A stretch of 64,000 nucleotides of DNA from Felis catus (taxonomy: Eukaryota). This document shows positions 1-12,513 of this stretch, piece by piece (the first letter of the stretch is position 1; every line of letters begins with the position of its first letter). The notes under the pieces were generated by a model that saw nothing but the letters and a program-made list of their open reading frames with translations, was not told where the DNA came from and did not search any database. The DNA lies in contig NC_058368.1 in NCBI RefSeq assembly GCF_018350175.1, positions 35,776,001 through 35,840,000 on the forward strand. Direction: 5' to 3'. Made by a program: the position numbers and the translations under genes.

Positions 1-109
1 AGCTTGATGTAACTCTGGGTAGTTGGTGTCACAAATCATTATAGGATGTTATTTATAACTTTTAATACTATACAATCAATAATATCAATATCATTATGTT
101 ACCTTGATA

Positions 110-290
110 CATGGGGTAGTTGCAGTTCACTGTCCCCATACTTCACTCATTTGGTTCCTGTAACACCTCTGTGAGAGAGGTGATATGAGTCTATTTACCT
201 TGTCTTACATAAAGTTGAAGAAGCAGACATAAGTTTCAGGCAGAGTCGGAGACAAAACTCAAGTCCTCAGACTGCTGGTTAGCATGTTCT
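110..290 (-). mobile_element. MIR SINE fragment
   Basis: Decayed MIR core (tcctgtaacacctctgtgagagaggt...ggcagagtcggagacaaaactcaagtcctcagact). Confidence 0.5.
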
Positions 291-329
291 CTCACGGTAA
301 TGCCCTTTACCATGCTTACTCTCCCACAC

Positions 330-660
330 TTTGAGGATTCATTTTTAATCTTCTTTGGTAACTTCTTCTACCTTCTACCCCCCACCCCCAAACACAATTC
401 TACCTCTTAGCCATTTCTCATGGTTAGATGTTTGGTCCACTTTTCTGTCCATTCTACATTCTCTTCACCAAGATGTCACAGCTCCAGCCATCTCTGCTAA
501 GAAGACAACTCCCACATCTGCATCTGCAACCCTCTAGGCAAAGCCGCAATCCTGTGTTCCTCTTAGGCCCCTGAAGCATTTCTGCCTTAAATGCCCTATC
601 ATTAACTCAAACACCACATTTTCAAACCAAACTCATGTCCAAAGCAGCTTCCTCTTCATA
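330..660 (+). mobile_element. L2 LINE fragment
   Basis: Pyrimidine-rich L2-like sequence (gacaactcccacatctgcatctgcaacc...ctcaaacaccacattttcaaaccaaactcat). Confidence 0.5.
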
Positions 661-914
661 CGAACATACTAAAATCATAATAAAGTCATACTAGAATCAA
701 CCATAGTATCTGTTTACCACTTCTGCTATTTGTTCCATAGTACCCATGCTACTCTACACTTGTGGTCAGTTTGAGGCTACTTAGCAGCTCTTAAGTAAAT
801 ATGTCTCAAGTATGCAATTGCCTGTCAGGTAATACCAGATAGTAAATAATTTGATCAGTTGATCTGGTGTTTCATAAGGAAGAGGGTGGAGAAATATTAC
901 AGGGATATGGTTTG

Positions 915-1110
915 ACGTTATAGTTATTGAACATGTACTATATATCTGATAAGCCCTTTACATGTTATTTAAAAAAATTTGCAACAACTCTAAAAGATAG
1001 GTATTAACCACCTGGTTTTAATAAATGAGGAAACCGAGGTTTTGAGAAGTCCATAAACTGCTAAGGCCACAGAGACTTTGCTACTTACCTCTGGCAAACT
1101 CAGTCCAAAT
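915..1110 (-). mobile_element. MIR SINE
   Basis: MIR core aaatgaggaaaccgaggttttgagaagt...aaggccacagag. Confidence 0.65.
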
Positions 1111-1454
1111 CTTAAACCCCTAAGGCTCTGGGGCATGTGATTAGACTATGGAAAATAGACCTATAGTGAAATAAAGAGCACTTCACTAAGATGAGGGGTT
1201 GAGGAAAGGCTGATTTCCAGTGCTAATAACTTGGAAGCTATCTTGGAAAACAACCAGCTAAATAAATACTACGGGACCTAAATTCCCGAAGCCATTTCTA
1301 AGACTACTTAAATACTTAGTATCTTATAGTGTGTTTTCTCAAGTATTTTCCTTTACTTTTTATCTTTCCTAATTCAACATTTTTAGATATTTCCATTATA
1401 CAGATCTTCCTTCTGAACAAGTAACTTATACTATTTTGACTCCATTTCACTTTG

Positions 1455-1850
1455 ATTCAGAGTCATATAATCTCAGGATTTGAAAGACCCTGAGTTACTT
1501 GGTAGAGCCATCTATCCAGTGCTTACATTCAATTTATTCAGCATCCCGTCAAGCAGTCGTCTTAAGTTTGAAGACCTCCAGTCATGTCCTCACAAGACAA
1601 TAAATTCCTCTTTTGGACAGCTCTAATAATTAAATGTTTTACCTTATGCTTATCTAATGCTTGTTTCCCTGAGATCTTCATCACTGGCCCTACTGATTTT
1701 TTCCCTTAGAGATGTAGTAAGTGAGTCCAATTCCTCCTCCACCCACCCGCCCTTCCACTATTTAAAGACACATATCACATACCCCAGCCTCTCTGCCAAG
1801 CCTAATAGCCACAAGTTCAACTGTTCTTCCAGAGATCATGAGTTGAAGCT
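1455..1850 (-). mobile_element. L3/CR1 LINE 3' fragment
   Basis: CR1-like motifs tttgaagacctccagt, ttttggacagctctaataatt, cccttccactatttaaagaca. Confidence 0.65.
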
Positions 1851-2659
1851 ATGACTGTGTCACTGTATTAGTTAATTCAATAAGTCTTTAGCCACCATGC
1901 TATGTGATGCATCCTTGAAACACTTAGGATTCTGCCATTTCTATTATAAACATACAAAATCATATTCATTTAATAGTTCAAAATTCTGAAAACAAAACAA
2001 AATCCCCAAACCAAACACAACTACCATACCCAGTACTATAAAACAATATAATTCTATGCTCCACAGAATCATTTTGAAAACAGATTTTAAAAAATTTCAA
2101 TGTAGACTTGATAACTGGAGTTGGCTGTCAGTATGTACCTAACAAAAGTCTGCTTAAAACAATCTGGTTTTATTCACTGGAGAATTCCATACTGAGAAAC
2201 ATTTGTGTTGAAGACCATTTTAAACTTAAATAATTTTATGTATGATTGTATACATAGATACGTTCTTTTACTTCTCCTTAGCCTTCATTAAATGCATATT
2301 AGCATATCTAAAAGATAGTAATATGTTCAAAGAATAAGAACAACAAACTCACATCCATGCAAGTCTGACCTGACTTGCTAAAACATAAGCTCCATGAAGG
2401 CAAGGATCTTTGTTTCATTCGCTGGTATATCCTAAGTACTTAGAACAATGTTTTGCTTATGAGTGTTTAAAACATTATTTCATGACTGAACCTAAGCATA
2501 GCATAATTTCATGATAATAAATAATATAATAAAATCATATCCAGTTTCACTTAATGTTTTATATTAGTCCTTTCCAAAGAAAACACTTTGGAATAATACC
2601 ACCTGGATAACAAACTGGGGACATATCATTTTTGTGCTTTCTGGCCCTTTGAGAATCTA

Positions 2660-3040
2660 GCATTGAGTCCAATAGAAATAGAACATGAGAGTCACACAAG
2701 TGGACTACATATGCAATTTAACATTTTCTAGAAGTTACATTAAATAGTGGGAAATAATCACCTGCAACTTAACATTTTCTAGAAGTTATGTTAAATGGCG
2801 GGAAATACATTAATAATGTATTTTACTTAACCAAATGTCAAATATTATCATTTCAACAAGTAAGCAAATTTAAAATATATTAATGGAATCCTTGGCGTTT
2901 TTTCTTTTTTTAGGTACTGAGTCTTCAAAATCAAATATATATTTTATACTTACAACACATCTCAATTCAGATTCGTCACATTTCAAGAGCTCAAGAGCCA
3001 CATAAGGCTATTGGGTTACTACTATACTGGACAAGACAAG
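2660..3040 (+). mobile_element. MER33 hAT-Charlie DNA transposon with internal ~45 bp duplication
   Basis: Termini gtccaatagaaata / tactggacaagac; internal cacatctcaattcaga...cacatttcaagagctcaagagccacat. Confidence 0.8.
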
Positions 3041-5409
3041 TCAAGAACCTGTATTTTCTACCAATGCTATTATCTGTAACAATTTTTAGTCAGATCTTTA
3101 TAGAAAATTCTATGACTTTATCTCAAATTGGATTTTCTACTATTTGAAAGCTGAAAATTATTATTAAAAATGGTGTAGGAATTATGGCAAAAATAAAGCT
3201 TCTTAAACTCTAGTCAAAACTTAAAGTTCAAATTGGAATAATCCATACCCTAATGGAAATTAACATGTTCATGTCTCCATATTTACTAAAAATACTCATA
3301 TAAATTATTTACAAGTCACCGTATAAAGATGTGTATGTAGTTCACTTGGCTAGAAGAAAAGTTACAAAAAAAAAAAAATTCAAAATCATAAGCTGCACCC
3401 TGTATAGACTAGCAAACTTGGCTTTGTTCTGTGGTCACAGATTGTGCACTAATTGTGGTTATCAGATAAAGAGTGCCATTTGAATTACATAAGGAAATAA
3501 ATTGCAGATATAAATAGATTCCTAATGTTGATGAAAAAAACCCACAAAATATATAATCTATTAAGATTAGGTCAATGAATAAAAGATAGCCTATTTTTGA
3601 AATCTGTTATTAAAGAAAGAAAATGCTTTCCAACATCATTTTGTAGCTACATGAAAAACAAGCAAAAGAATTCAACGTTCCAAAATTTAGCACTTCATTG
3701 TGATTTTGTTTTACATAAAGAAGGAACATAGGTAATCTGGATTTATGTAACTGCTGCAAATGGTAGAGTAGAAAATGGCTAGACATGTAGAATACAATCA
3801 TGAAAGTTGAATGCTAATAATGGCAATGCTTCTCATTGCTATTGCCCATGTTCTGATGTGTTTATCCAGCCATCTAACCATAGGGAGACCAGGTTACCAT
3901 TCAGACTCCTCTACTTTGACTGCATAGTCCTGTATACATTTTAGTAAATCAGTGAAAATTAGAAGGATCTAACTTATTAAATGTGACTTTCCTTTCCAAA
4001 ACGAGACTGACCTTTATTTCTTGCCATTCTTCTATTCAAATTGGAACAGAGCCTGTACTGGGGCCGAGGTGCACAGAATTGCCACTCAGAAACTGGTAGA
4101 CTGGCCTTTTTTTGATAGTTCTATTCATAGCCCAGCAGCATTATCTTGTACTGGATTGATGGTACTAAGATTCGTTATGAAATCTGACACTACCTCTAAG
4201 ATTTTGGTTTCATGTATTTCTAGAAAAGGAGTAAAAAAAGAAATCTGGCATGAGTCATAGGCAATACCTTAAAGAAAGTAGCTCAGGCTGGTACACTACT
4301 GCCTCCTACTGTCAGTTTGAGGAAAATGAGGGCCTCAGAGATCTTTACTCAGCCTTATTCCATTTTCAGATTTACACATCACTGGCCTTCTTGCTCCACA
4401 GTACAATTTTGCATACTATGCCCTTGGACCAGTAACCTGGGAATATATGTTGATGTTTTGTTTTTGAATTCCTCCGAATTCTTTCTCTGCTTAGATACTA
4501 GATCTGTGACAAAATCCAGCAAACACCCCGAGTATGGATTTTATTTAAATTAAAAAAAAAAAAAAGATCTTAAAGGTAACTCACAAAATAATATTTTTAA
4601 AAATCTGTTTCACATTTTTTTCCTTAAGTTTTTAATTTTTCTCTTCTTCCTTTTTTTTTTTTTCTTTATAAAGCCTTACCACATAGATATCTGTTTGGAA
4701 AAGGGAAGAGAAAAAAAATCTATATTATTTTAAAGTCTTTTAACAGCTTTCTCTAAAGAAAAAAATATTAACAGTTATGAGTTAATATAGTAGGAGGTAT
4801 AACAATTCATTAAATCAGAAAAATGTTTAAAAGCTTTGTTATGTATCTAAAACATAGAAGGAGTACATGACCAATTAGGGTAAATATAGACTACTCAGTT
4901 CTAGAACTAGCATATTTGGATCAATGATTTGGGTGCTGGTTATAGAGTCTCTTGTGCTCAGACTGAAATTTGACTTCTGATGGCTTCGGCTGAGTCAAAG
5001 AACATCGATCTGTGTTTTAAAGGTGAGATTTTTGATCGGCAAAATAAGTCAGGCAAAGAGGACTTTTCTTAGAAGCTGCTCCCTTTTAATGAGGAAACAG
5101 GGAAAAGGAAGAGGTCGATGTCACTTCAGTTATTTTCTTGCAAATAAAACACCAAGTTTAGTTCCTAAGAAACCCCAGACTACCCTGAGATCTTTGAAAA
5201 ATTGGTTTCTGTAAACAACTCATTTTGAATGCAGCATGGCTGGGCCTGTGCGCTTCCTAAGACCCTCTGGACACAGTCAGATCTGACCACACAATTCCCT
5301 CTTTCCATTTACTGCTATAGATTCCTGCCTCAGGCTTCTCTCGCCAGCGGGGACTGTTTCCTCAAAGACCTGCTTCTGTTCCTCTTCCCGGGGCTTTGGA
5401 GCACCGCCT

Positions 5410-5423
5410 GTCTCTATGGCAAC
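5410..5423. promoter_or_regulatory. RFX X-box motif
   Basis: GTCTCTATGGCAAC fits the 14-bp X-box consensus GTHNYYATRRNAAC, in a locally GC-richer non-repeat segment. Confidence 0.5.
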
Positions 5424-5932
5424 ATGAAACACAAAGCACTGGAAATGTACCATACAGCAGGCAGAAAAGAAAGAAATTAGAGTGCAGTACTCTTGGTAAG
5501 CTCAAGAAGGTGCTGACTGCAGGAAAATGGACAGAGGACAAGATGTAGCAATTGTTAGTAGTTCCATTTCTCATATATTCTCTTTAAAGAGCTACAAGTG
5601 TCAGCATAGAAGAAGCCTTAAAATATATGGAACTTTATAATCCACATAGTGTCTGAAATAAAAAAATTATTGGAGATCCACATTAGCTATAAACGTGTAG
5701 TAATTTATGGTTCATTCAACTATTGAGATAAAAGTTCTTGGTTAATTGAGATATAAAGTATAAAAAGAAAAAATTAAATCAAATATTCCAATATGGTGTA
5801 TGTCAAACACACAGGAAAATATATTACTATCACATGGCAGAATGCTTTTTTTTAATTCTTCAACCTCAATATAAATTTTTTTTAAGTCTTTTTCAATTCA
5901 GGGCATCATATTAAATGTAGAATCTATGTCCA

Positions 5933-6070
5933 TTTAGCTCAGTGGTTCAGGATAATCAGAGTTTAATTCCAATCTGTTCCCTGGTCACAAATAGCATCCT
6001 TAACTCGTGACGGAGTACATGACGAATGGCAAGCCGGTTCAATTTGAATCTGAAAATATTTATAAAAACC
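5933..6070 (+). mobile_element. MamSINE1-like ancient tRNA-derived SINE fragment
   Basis: A-box tagctcagtgg followed by tctgttccctggtcacaaatagcatccttaac, resembling the recalled MamSINE1 body. Confidence 0.4.
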
Positions 6071-6522
6071 CACACATCTACACATTATGAAAGACATTAC
6101 TTATACAGGCATTGAATAAAAATATACATAGCTGGTCTGTTGATATTTTAAAAATATTTCAGGCAAGCCAATAAAATAATGCTGAATGTTGATGCTGGAA
6201 GCTTGCTTTGAACCTCGGAATTTCAACTCAAAGTACTGTAGAGATTACTTGGTTATTGGGTCTCGGGGCAGGAGCTGCTGATACATTTTTAGCACCCAAA
6301 CTCACAGATGGACAAACTTGGTTCTGAACACTGTTCTTTGAGTCATTACCTCAACAATTAGACTAGCATAACTTCAGGGAAGGTAGTAGTACGCTCACTT
6401 GTAGAACTCAATCATTAGAATCTGAGAAGGCTAAGAGCTCAATCATTAGAATCTTAGAATCTTCCCACAGCCTTAGTTATTTATTTTTAAAACCCTATCA
6501 ACTGAGATGCATGTACAAGCTA

Positions 6523-6539
6523 CAGCCACTAGAGGTCAG
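6523..6539 (+). promoter_or_regulatory. Candidate CTCF motif (forward)
   Basis: CAGCCACTAGAGGTCAG close to the CCASYAGRKGGC core. Confidence 0.35.
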
Positions 6540-7149
6540 ACGGTTATACCTGTCACCAATCTAAATTCAAGTGGGCACTGTAGTACCTTTAACTTTTAGT
6601 GACTTAAAAATATGGAACATAATACATTCTTTTATTACAGTGCAATATCAATATGTTTGCTAATTCATCTTATTCCTAAAGGTCCTAGGTTTTGCAATAC
6701 CTCTCTATACTGGTTCTTATTTAATTGGAAGAGGAAAGAATCCTATGATCTGAGAAGGCCCCTTCTGGAGTAGAAATAGAAGCAATGTGTTCTGCAGTTT
6801 CACCATTTGGTCACCCCAACATTCATGGGAATTCCAACACGAATCATTGTATTTCTCTAATGTACTACCTTGTACCTATTTTCTCCAGGAATATACAAGT
6901 CCTATGATCTTATATGTTTATGGCCTTACTTAACAGAGTAAAGATTACTTATAATTCTGTCCAGTAAGTTTACTATGTGACAAACTAAAAGTACTTTGTT
7001 ACAAAAATAACAAAATTTTCAGTACAATCCACAAAGAGGTGGAACTCAAATTCAGTTCTAACAAATATAATTCACTTTTTGCCCATCTTATTAAGAAAAT
7101 AATTGTTTGCAAGTCTTTTATCCCCTGATTTCAGGCTGCATTTTAGAAA

Positions 7150-7395
7150 AGACTAATAATAAAAGCAATATGAATGTGTCCGAGCATTTACCAAACACCC
7201 CACCTGCAGGAGATGCTTTATAAGAACCGCCATACAGCCTAGTGAAGGATGATTTTTTTCTCTCCATTACACAGATGAGGAAGAGAAGCTTTGAGGGTTT
7301 AAGAAACTGGCTACAAGGCAGGAGGCAGATTGGGGCAGAGCTCAGAGTCAAGCCCAAAATCTCCCATTTCAGCTCCAGACTTCAAACTATAGCTG
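7150..7395 (-). mobile_element. MIR SINE
   Basis: ccattacacagatgaggaaga...ggcagagctcagagtcaagccca. Confidence 0.6.
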
Positions 7396-7413
7396 CTGTA
7401 TTTAACTTTTGAA

Positions 7414-7620
7414 TTAAAAAAAAAAAAAAAAAAGTTTATTTTTGAGACATGGAGCACAAACAGGGAGGGGCAGACAGAGAGGGAGACACAGAATCTGAAG
7501 CAGGCTCCAGGTCCTGAGCTGTCAGCCCAGAGCCCGATGTGGGGGTGGAACTCAAGAACCACGAGATCATGACCTGAGCCAAAGTTGGACACTCAACCGA
7601 CTGAGCCACCCAGGTACCCC
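7414..7620 (-). mobile_element. Carnivore SINE (SINEC_Fc-like)
   Basis: Antisense tRNA-like head, (CT)n, AATAAA; TSD ttaacttttgaa on both sides. Confidence 0.95.
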
Positions 7621-8639
7621 TGTTACAGTTAACTTTTGAAAAAGAAACTATAAATGCTGAGGAAGCAGCAAATAGTGTTCCTATATTAGCACAAGGAACC
7701 AAAGGTAACTTATGAGACACTTCATCTTTACCAATATTGTTTGTGACTAATGCCTTAAAAATCTGTTGAGCTCTCTAGTTAAATAGACCAGGAATATTTT
7801 TTCCAGGGCTTTTGTGTGTATGGTATAAAGTACGGCCTATGTTTATAACTGCAACTAGTTATTCACAAGGAAGCAAAATGTAAGACCCAGATTCGCCAGT
7901 ACATTAGAAAATACTCACAGCTAGTTACTTTGATATTATTACATGTTAAAAACAAAAACAAAAACAAAAACACTGTGTCTTTTAATACTAAACCGATTTG
8001 TGCCAAATAGAGCCCAGAGTTATATAATTATTTTTTAAACACAATTTAAAAAATGAACTAACAACAAATGCCTCAATCTATCTGAAATGTGAAAGTTTTA
8101 GCATCTAGTTTTCTCTCACTAGGAATCTGTGCTTGAGGAAACCACCATTATTTTAGGAAACAGTGCAATTCCTAAAACTAAGACACACATTTTTTTAACT
8201 TCTTTTAGCCGTGCTTAAGGCAGTGAACTTTTCTGTAATACTACCCCCTCTCTATTCCTCTGTCCTAACCATTGTCTATAATAACCTGTGATCCCTCAAG
8301 TCTCACCAAATGCTACCTCCTGATTCAAAAAGGTTGTTGATGTCACTTTCCAAAGAACATCCGCTGTACTTCTCTCATATACTGTATATCCTGGTCTGCT
8401 TGGTGTTACAGTTTTCTGCGGCCCTTGCCACGTGTGAGAGCCCAGCGATAAGATCACAAACTACTTGGAGAAGGGTCTCTGTTCTTTTCGTCCCTTGTGG
8501 TGTGAAAAGTGCTTCACAGGCACATGGGGGGCATTTCATCATAAGATTCTACATGCCAGGGGGCACAGGCCATGTTTCACATTTCTTTGGCACACTGCCA
8601 AAGAGGATACAAGAGGAACAGCACGCAGCCGTCATTCCT

Positions 8640-9240
8640 TAAGTTGAAAAATGCTGAGCGTGTACAGGAGGCCATGTTGTGTGTCAGGGGTATAGCAAAG
8701 AATGGGCAGACATGGTTCCTGCCTACAGGAGACCTACAATCTAATCACATGGATGTATTGATATCCACAAAGACACTGGCTTATCACCTTTCTTATGTAA
8801 CAAGGAGAAATGGCAAGAATTGCTCCAAGTGTTTGAAATACTCAATTATGCCTTTTTAAAAATGCGTTACTGAACCTGCTTTCTGTTATGGCTTTTGGCA
8901 AAATTAGGATCCATGCCTCGTCAGTACAAAACATGAACATGCAGTGAGTCCTATGGGTGTGTTTGATTGCAAAAGAAAATGCTTAGGGCCTGGAGGGGGT
9001 ATCATTTGTAGCAGTGGATGGTGAATGAAGGGAACACAAGCAATGTGGGGGTAACAGGGCTTCGTCCAAGAAAAGTCTAAGGAGAACTAGTGAACTCGGC
9101 AGTTTGGGGCACTGAGAGGAAAGAGACAGGGAGAGGGAAAAGGAGGCTATGTAGAGGGGTGGGCATGGAGTCGATCAAATCAGGCCCAGTTTCTGAAAGG
9201 TGAACTGGACAGGATTTAAAGAACACACGACGAAGGAAGT
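8640..9240 (-). mobile_element. L2 LINE fragment
   Basis: gacatggttcctgcctacaggagacctacaatcta and downstream purine-rich L2 antisense pattern. Confidence 0.5.
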
Positions 9241-10103
9241 GCACTTGTAATCAGAAATTCAGAATTTGAGACGTTTTGCACCAGATGCGGTTGACGGTGG
9301 TCGTTCCCCTGGGAACTGTTCTTTCAGAGCAGCCGGCCTGTTACTGCCCTTGTTGTTACACCATAGTAAATGCAGGAGAATGATCTGCCTTCATCATTGT
9401 ATCTGGGCCTCTCAAGAGACTAGTGTTCTGGTCTTCCCTTCTCTCCAGTCTGAAACAAGGTCAAAGTGCTTCAGTGCAGGAAGTCACTTCCAGGAAGCCC
9501 TCACCTCCAGCTACCATTGTCCACGCTCAGGGCACCCCGTTCTTTGCCTTCACCACACTTTCCATTGGTCTCTTTTACTACATTTTATACAAGAAACCTT
9601 TCATGGGGTCTTTATCTGAATGGCGGTGAAAATAGTACCATTAATGGTGCCTCTCTGGCTTCAGACAGGACAACAGGCTTTAATACCATTTCCCCGGTTA
9701 GTTCCCACACACTCTGTGAATTTGTTGTTAATATCCCACTTATACAGGGAAAAAGATCAAGGCCAAGACGTCTGCTACTCTGTGTCACACCATGATGCCA
9801 TTTCTGGTTTTGCTGCTGTGGCTCTCTTCCGGGTCTCCTTGCAGAGTGCTGGGATGATGTCCTCAAGCACATTAAAGGCTCTTTAGTGGGAGGCAAGTTT
9901 CCCTGCTGTCTCTACAGACTTGATTTTAACTGAGCTTATTACGGCCAGGGAAAAACCTTTTCCTTTGTCAGGGTATATGCTCATTGATTTGTTATTTGGA
10001 TTTACATGAGAGAGAAACAAAAACAATATTCCCTGGTTCGTCTGGTTGGTTGCAAACTCTACATCTGCAGATCAGAGAGGGTGCTCTATTATGGGGTTAG
10101 TTT

Positions 10104-10150
<47 letters not shown>

Positions 10151-10361
10151 TTAGTTTATTTTCAATGTTTATTTATTTTTGAGAGAGAGACAGAGTGTGA
10201 GTGGGGGAAGGGCAGAAAGAGAAGGAACACAGAATCTGAAGTAGACTCCAGGTTCTGAGCTGTCAGCAGCAGAGTTCAACATGGGGCTCGAAACCACGGA
10301 CAGTGAGATCATGACCTGAGCCGAAGTCGGACACTTAACTGACTGAGCCACCCAGGCGCCC
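10104..10361 (-). mobile_element. Carnivore SINE with (TTTA)n tail
   Basis: Full antisense SINE; TSD tggggttagttt at 10092 and 10362. Confidence 0.95.
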
Positions 10362-11292
10362 TGGGGTTAGTTTATATTTAAAAGGAAAAATTGTAAGAGT
10401 TTCTTCTTAGCTATGTCATTCACTTTTTATACCCTGGAATGATTCTCTCAATCTCTGTAGACTTTAGCACCTTTGTTTACTGGAGCTGATGAAATAAAAC
10501 AACTCTGCAAGTATTTTTACAACAAAAACCATATATGCAAGAGCTCTTTGATACATAGACATCATCATATACCCCTAAGGCATTGTGGGTTGTCGTCTAA
10601 TCACAAATCTTGAAAGTGGCTGTGTGTGGGCCTCTTTTCAATGGTTACAGCAGATGCATTAGTAACAGACACTCCTGAAGTCATAGAACTCTGGGTTCTA
10701 TGTATGTATGTATGTATCTAAAAGCCATAGATGCTTTTGGAATAACTGGTCAAATCATGTCTTTTGATGTTAAAAACAAATCATTTCTAATACTTTCAAT
10801 GTAATCTATCCATCAGCAAACTGGCTTATGCTTACCTGTAGTATCATTAAATTCATGGGAAAAGTAATAAATCCAGTGATGTATATTTATGTGTTAATTT
10901 GCTGGGGATAAAGTGTGTGGATATCCAAATTCTGAGTATATCCGAAGAGAATGGCATAGAGAGAGAATGCATTACGGCTCTTTGTCATTTAAAATAATCT
11001 GACAGCTTCCCCTTAAACCATGATAACAATAATACATTTAAAATCAAGTTTGAGGATTTGAGGGCATCTAGAGTTATTAAGAGGGAAATTATGAAAATCC
11101 TTCTTTTGGAGGGAGGGAGGAAAAGGTGGGAAGGAGACTCTTCTGAGAGTCAGAGAAACATTTCCCATTTTCCTAAGATATTGGTGCTTTTCTAAGTGAC
11201 TTCTACTCTCACGTTCAAATATCACTGAGGGAGACACACATGTGACTTTTTTTTTTTTTTAATAACACATTGTGTTCATGAATAAATTGATT

Positions 11293-11487
11293 GGGGCACC
11301 TGGGAGGCTCAGTTGGTTAAGCGTCCGACTCTTGATTTTGGCTCAGGTCCTGAATATGGGATCCAGCCCTGCATCGGACTCGGTGCTGTCAGTGCAGAGC
11401 CTGCCTGGGAGTCTCTTTCTCTCCCTTTCTGCTTGTGCACTCTGTCTCTCTCCAAATAGATAAATATTTTTTTTTTTTTTGAAAAAA
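11293..11487 (+). mobile_element. Carnivore SINE (older subfamily)
   Basis: ggggcacctgggaggctcagttggttaagcgtccgactcttgat... (CT)n and tail. Confidence 0.9.
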
Positions 11488-11916
11488 GAAAATGCAGAAA
11501 CAGACTAAAAAGAACAATTGAACCTCTTGTTCTTGTAGCCTTGCCTTTTCCAAATGTCTTCCTGGTTCTCTTTGGCCATCAGATACAGGTCTCAGAGAAG
11601 CAGGTATGTGGACACATTAGCAGACATTTAGTCCTCTTATGAGGTGGTTATTGTTTATCTCCATTTATTGACAAAAAAAATTGAGACCAGAAGTTAAGTG
11701 GATAATTTCAGTGACAGAGCTAGGGAAAGGCGGATGCAGAATGAAGACTTAACAGCCTTTCTGTTTTACCTGGCACACTGCCGTTGTCTCCCAGGTCACA
11801 AACTAGCTGTTTCGCTGGAGGGAGTACTCTCTCTTGTAGAAGTGGTTGGCTAATATGAAGAGATGATGAACAGATATGGAAAAGCGGTAGAGTGGTTGTG
11901 TGGGGAAAAATTCAGA

Positions 11917-12001
11917 CATACACACATACACGCCTATGTACACACACACACACACACATACACACATACACACACACACATACATACATGCACACATACA
12001 T
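11917..12001. repeat. Imperfect (CA)n/(CATA)n microsatellite
   Basis: Direct reading. Confidence 0.95.
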
Positions 12002-12127
12002 ACTGGACCTGCAGGAGAGCTAAGCAACCAAAAGCTCAAAGAGTTGGTAGTAACAGAGTCTGAGTAAGAAAAAATAAAGTTAATGTTGATCATAACTCTT
12101 GCTTTTACGCGGAATCTATTTGTGGAC

Positions 12128-12513
12128 TGTAGAGGCCACTTTTAGGCCACAGGCTTGAGGGATGGAAAACTTGAGCAAGGCAAAAGGGCCCACAGGTGGC
12201 CACATAGCTGAAATCAAACAGGCTCATTAGGTGACCCACCCGCAAATAGCCATAGGTCCTAACCGACCAATGGGCTACTTACAACCACAGTTAACAAACA
12301 AGGGAAAATTCCACACATTCCCATACTCTCTCACTCCACCCTGTAATGACAGCACCCCACCCCCCACCCCGCCCCACCTCAAGGTGCAGTCTCTCCTTTG
12401 CTGTCCTGCCCGTGGCTCCCTTGCAGTGTATTCAAGAAGCTTCTCCTTTGTCTGCTTTGGGTGAATTCTTTGACCTGCCATGCAGCCAGCCCCAATCCAA
12501 TAGGAAACCCCAC
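12128..12513 (+). mobile_element. Solo LTR, probably carnivore ERV1-type
   Basis: TG...CA ends (tgtagagg...ccccaca), CCAAT box (gaccaatggg), C-rich U3, decayed poly(A) signal and ggtgaattcttt U5-like segment; no clean TSD. Confidence 0.6.

Noticed and set aside
1089..1159. AG/GT-bounded minus-strand segment
   Set aside because: Stops in all three frames and partly MIR-derived.
4220..4267. Possible intron between exon-like blocks using AAG|gtattg
   Set aside because: 48 nt is too short for a normal mammalian intron.
7311..7720. Recurrent ORFs with WVAQSV/SVSPSLS peptides (also at 10, 40, 42, 44, 45, 51, 62 and 63 kb)
   Set aside because: Translations of Can-SINE copies, not a gene family.
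9266..9896. Five overlapping ORFs
   Set aside because: Slightly GC-richer L2/MIR-derived sequence; no recognisable protein.
11481..11522. Possible second SINE 3' transduction (gaataaattga / gaacaattga as TSD)
   Set aside because: The putative TSD is short and mismatched, and a long T-run terminator precedes the extra sequence.
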